DNA of 27,665 bases, from IMG/VR virus record IMGVR_UViG_3300018068_000006, positions 1 through 27,665 of that record; one strand, 5' to 3'. Of this stretch, positions 26,293 through 27,665 are shown one piece after another. Position 1 is the first letter of the stretch. The number at the start of each line of letters is the position of its first letter. A model generated the notes under the pieces. It was not told where the DNA came from, searched no databases, and worked only from the letters and a program-made list of their open reading frames with translations. The stretch comes from a virus. Its lineage: Duplodnaviria; Caudoviricetes. The position numbers and the translations under genes were made by a program.

Positions 26293-26364
26293 GGGATTAG
26301 CCGTGAAGCCCGGCAAATGAAAAATACTTCATTCCAGTTCAAACCATTTTAAACTTAGAAAAAC

Positions 26365-26532
26365 ATGAAAACTTGTATAGCAATCACAGCTTTGTTTTTT
26401 ACAGCTCTTTTAGTTTGTATTTTTATTTCATTCAGTACTCCTGTTGCTTTCTGCATTTTTTTAACATGTACTATTAGCTTTTTGAGTGCATTAGTTAGTA
26501 CTTTTATTTTCTTTTATCTTAAAAACATTTAA
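26365..26532 (+). CDS. Small two-helix membrane protein (55 aa, not in ORF track)
   Basis: MKTCIAITALFFTALLVCIFISFSTPVAFCIFLTCTISFLSALVSTFIFFYLKNI; its upstream CTTAGAAAAAC is similar to CTTAGGAAAC before the next gene. Confidence 0.6.
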   Translation: MKTCIAITALFFTALLVCIFISFSTPVAFCIFLTCTISFLSALVSTFIFFYLKNI

Positions 26533-26544
26533 TCCTTAGGAAAC

Positions 26545-26766
26545 ATGAAAACGCAAATAAACGAACAAAAAGTAAATGAAGTAAATAATATTATAAAAAA
26601 CAATAAACTTTTAAAAGATCGTTTCAAAGCTCTCGAAAATGCCGGATTTTCTATATATGAAAAAGCAATGGGCAATGGTGGTACCAGTCAGATCAAAAAA
26701 AATATGATGCAAGTTGGATCGGGAAAAGGGCGTTATAACTATGCCCCTATTGTTTATATTAATTAA
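26545..26766 (+). CDS. Hypothetical protein (probable early gene)
   Basis: 73-aa ORF followed by the hairpin module. Confidence 0.65.
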   Translation: MKTQINEQKVNEVNNIIKNNKLLKDRFKALENAGFSIYEKAMGNGGTSQIKKNMMQVGSGKGRYNYAPIVYIN

Positions 26767-26834
26767 CTATACCTACCACATACCCTAAACCGGTATGTGG
26801 TTTTCCCATTATAAACAATTAATACATTTTAATT

Positions 26835-26918
26835 ATGGCAACAATAGTAATAATATTCGTAGTTAGTTTTATTTCCATTAGTTTTTTAACCCGGAATATA
26901 ACTTTTTCCAAAAAATGA
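26835..26918 (+). CDS. Single-pass membrane peptide (27 aa, not in ORF track)
   Basis: MATIVIIFVVSFISISFLTRNITFSKK; ATG 25 nt from the start of the TATAAACAATT motif, as for 27022 and 27599. Confidence 0.45.
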   Translation: MATIVIIFVVSFISISFLTRNITFSKK

Positions 26919-27021
26919 ATTCTTTTCTAAGTTAATTTGTTTTAAATGTTAGTTAGTATGAGGCCCGCTACTGTGAAGTACCGGGCTTTTAGTGGTATAA
27001 ACAATTTAACTTTTTTCAATT

Positions 27022-27312
27022 ATGAAAACAAATAAGAAAACCGAACAAGAATTATGCAAAAAAGAAGTAAAACAAACTGCTTTATTAAGTAAAAAAAATA
27101 AAACTAAAAAAGTCAAACCGAAACTTAACGAAGCAGTTTTAAAAATAAATTTAGATAATGCAGCATTTACGAAAGAAAATGATGGGCCTATTGATGAATT
27201 AAGCCGTATTTTCAATGATTTGGCAGAGCGTATTCATCATGGCAACATCAATCATCCTTATATTATCCGGGATACTAACGGCAATAAGATAGGAGAATTT
27301 AAAATTTTATAA
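27022..27312 (+). CDS. Hypothetical protein (probable early gene)
   Basis: 96 aa; basic N-terminus, then LDNAAF...ELSRIF...IRDTNGNKIG. Confidence 0.7.
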   Translation: MKTNKKTEQELCKKEVKQTALLSKKNKTKKVKPKLNEAVLKINLDNAAFTKENDGPIDELSRIFNDLAERIHHGNINHPYIIRDTNGNKIGEFKIL

Positions 27313-27348
27313 TTTACCTTATTATTCACATTTTAAAAAATAGAAATC

Positions 27349-27522
27349 ATGAAAAAATTCATAGAAATAGAACCCGAAGAAATGATTCGGAACGAAGAGA
27401 ATAACAGGAAACAACACCGGTTTAATCCTTTCACTTCAATTATAGGTATTTTAGTTGTCCTTGCCTTCGCTATAGTAATCGCAAGAGTTTTTATAGCTCT
27501 TATACAAATAATACTCTATTAA
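27349..27522 (+). CDS. Small protein with a C-terminal transmembrane helix (57 aa, not in ORF track)
   Basis: MKKFIEIEPEEMIRNEENNRKQHRFNPFTSIIGILVVLAFAIVIARVFIALIQIILY. Confidence 0.6.
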   Translation: MKKFIEIEPEEMIRNEENNRKQHRFNPFTSIIGILVVLAFAIVIARVFIALIQIILY

Positions 27523-27598
27523 AACTTTGTACCAATACACCTCTTACCATAAACCGGTAAGGGGTTTTGGCAGTATAAACAATTTAATTCCTATTATT

Positions 27599-27665
27599 AT
27601 GAAAAAATTATTAAGTAAAAACAGTGCAAGTGTATATTACTTTGATGAAAAAGGAAATAAACACG
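27599..27665 (+). CDS. Partial hypothetical protein (runs off the window end)
   Basis: MKKLLSKNSASVYYFDEKGNKH..., after the hairpin + TATAAACAATT module. Confidence 0.5.
   Translation, partial: MKKLLSKNSASVYYFDEKGNKH

Noticed and set aside
26280-26352. SAM-I riboswitch or twister ribozyme resemblance (GGTGCTAAGGGATTAGCCGTGAAGCCCGGCAA)
   Set aside because: SAM-I words are in the wrong order and P1 (ATC...GAT) is missing; the twister-type loop is too short and lacks partners. An Rfam cmscan would settle it.
20188-26990. Recurrent CTGTGAAG/CTGCGAAG word as a protein-binding site
   Set aside because: In four of five copies it is the apex of a hairpin and is explained as a GNRA tetraloop closed by CT/AG.
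14095-27215. ORF-track entries 14095-14364, 18174-18365, 18220-18483, 21557-21742, 22531-22776, 27006-27215
   Set aside because: Antisense to better-supported genes, with no independent signals.
1-27665. Stop-codon reassignment as in some crAss-like phages
   Set aside because: terL, portal, MCP and other long genes are intact under code 11, and no suppressor tRNA is seen.
24450-27665. CRISPR array or diversity-generating retroelement repeats
   Set aside because: Repeats occur in only 2-3 copies with irregular spacing; no cas or reverse transcriptase gene in the window.

Overview
AT-rich segment of a tailed dsDNA phage genome that most likely infects Bacteroidota and resembles Crassvirales (crAss-like / phi14:2-like). 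Standard genetic code; Bacteroidota-type TAnnTTTG promoters are frequent. The minus strand carries the head-morphogenesis module: a fibre-repeat structural protein (cut by the window edge), a 344-aa capsid-adjacent protein, major capsid protein, scaffold-like protein, portal and large terminase. Directly upstream of the terminase genes, and almost continuously overlapping them, is a six-gene glycan module (GT-B, GT-A, SAM methyltransferase, two putative glycosyltransferases, NDP-sugar epimerase). A two-domain GroES-like gene lies further upstream. The plus strand has a RuvC-like nuclease, a GH108 endolysin and many small ORFs. The non-coding regions are unusually structured: a kissing-loop leader and a multi-stem RNA between terminase and portal; an RNA array with a tmRNA-like 3' fragment and a 138-nt tRNA-like RNA lacking a normal anticodon arm; a repeated ATGTT-N4-AACAT palindrome at fixed spacing from promoters; a dif-like site; two 13-8-13 sites flanking a small gene; and a hairpin + TATAAACAATT module before small genes. 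All product calls come from motif recognition and gene order; no database searches were run.
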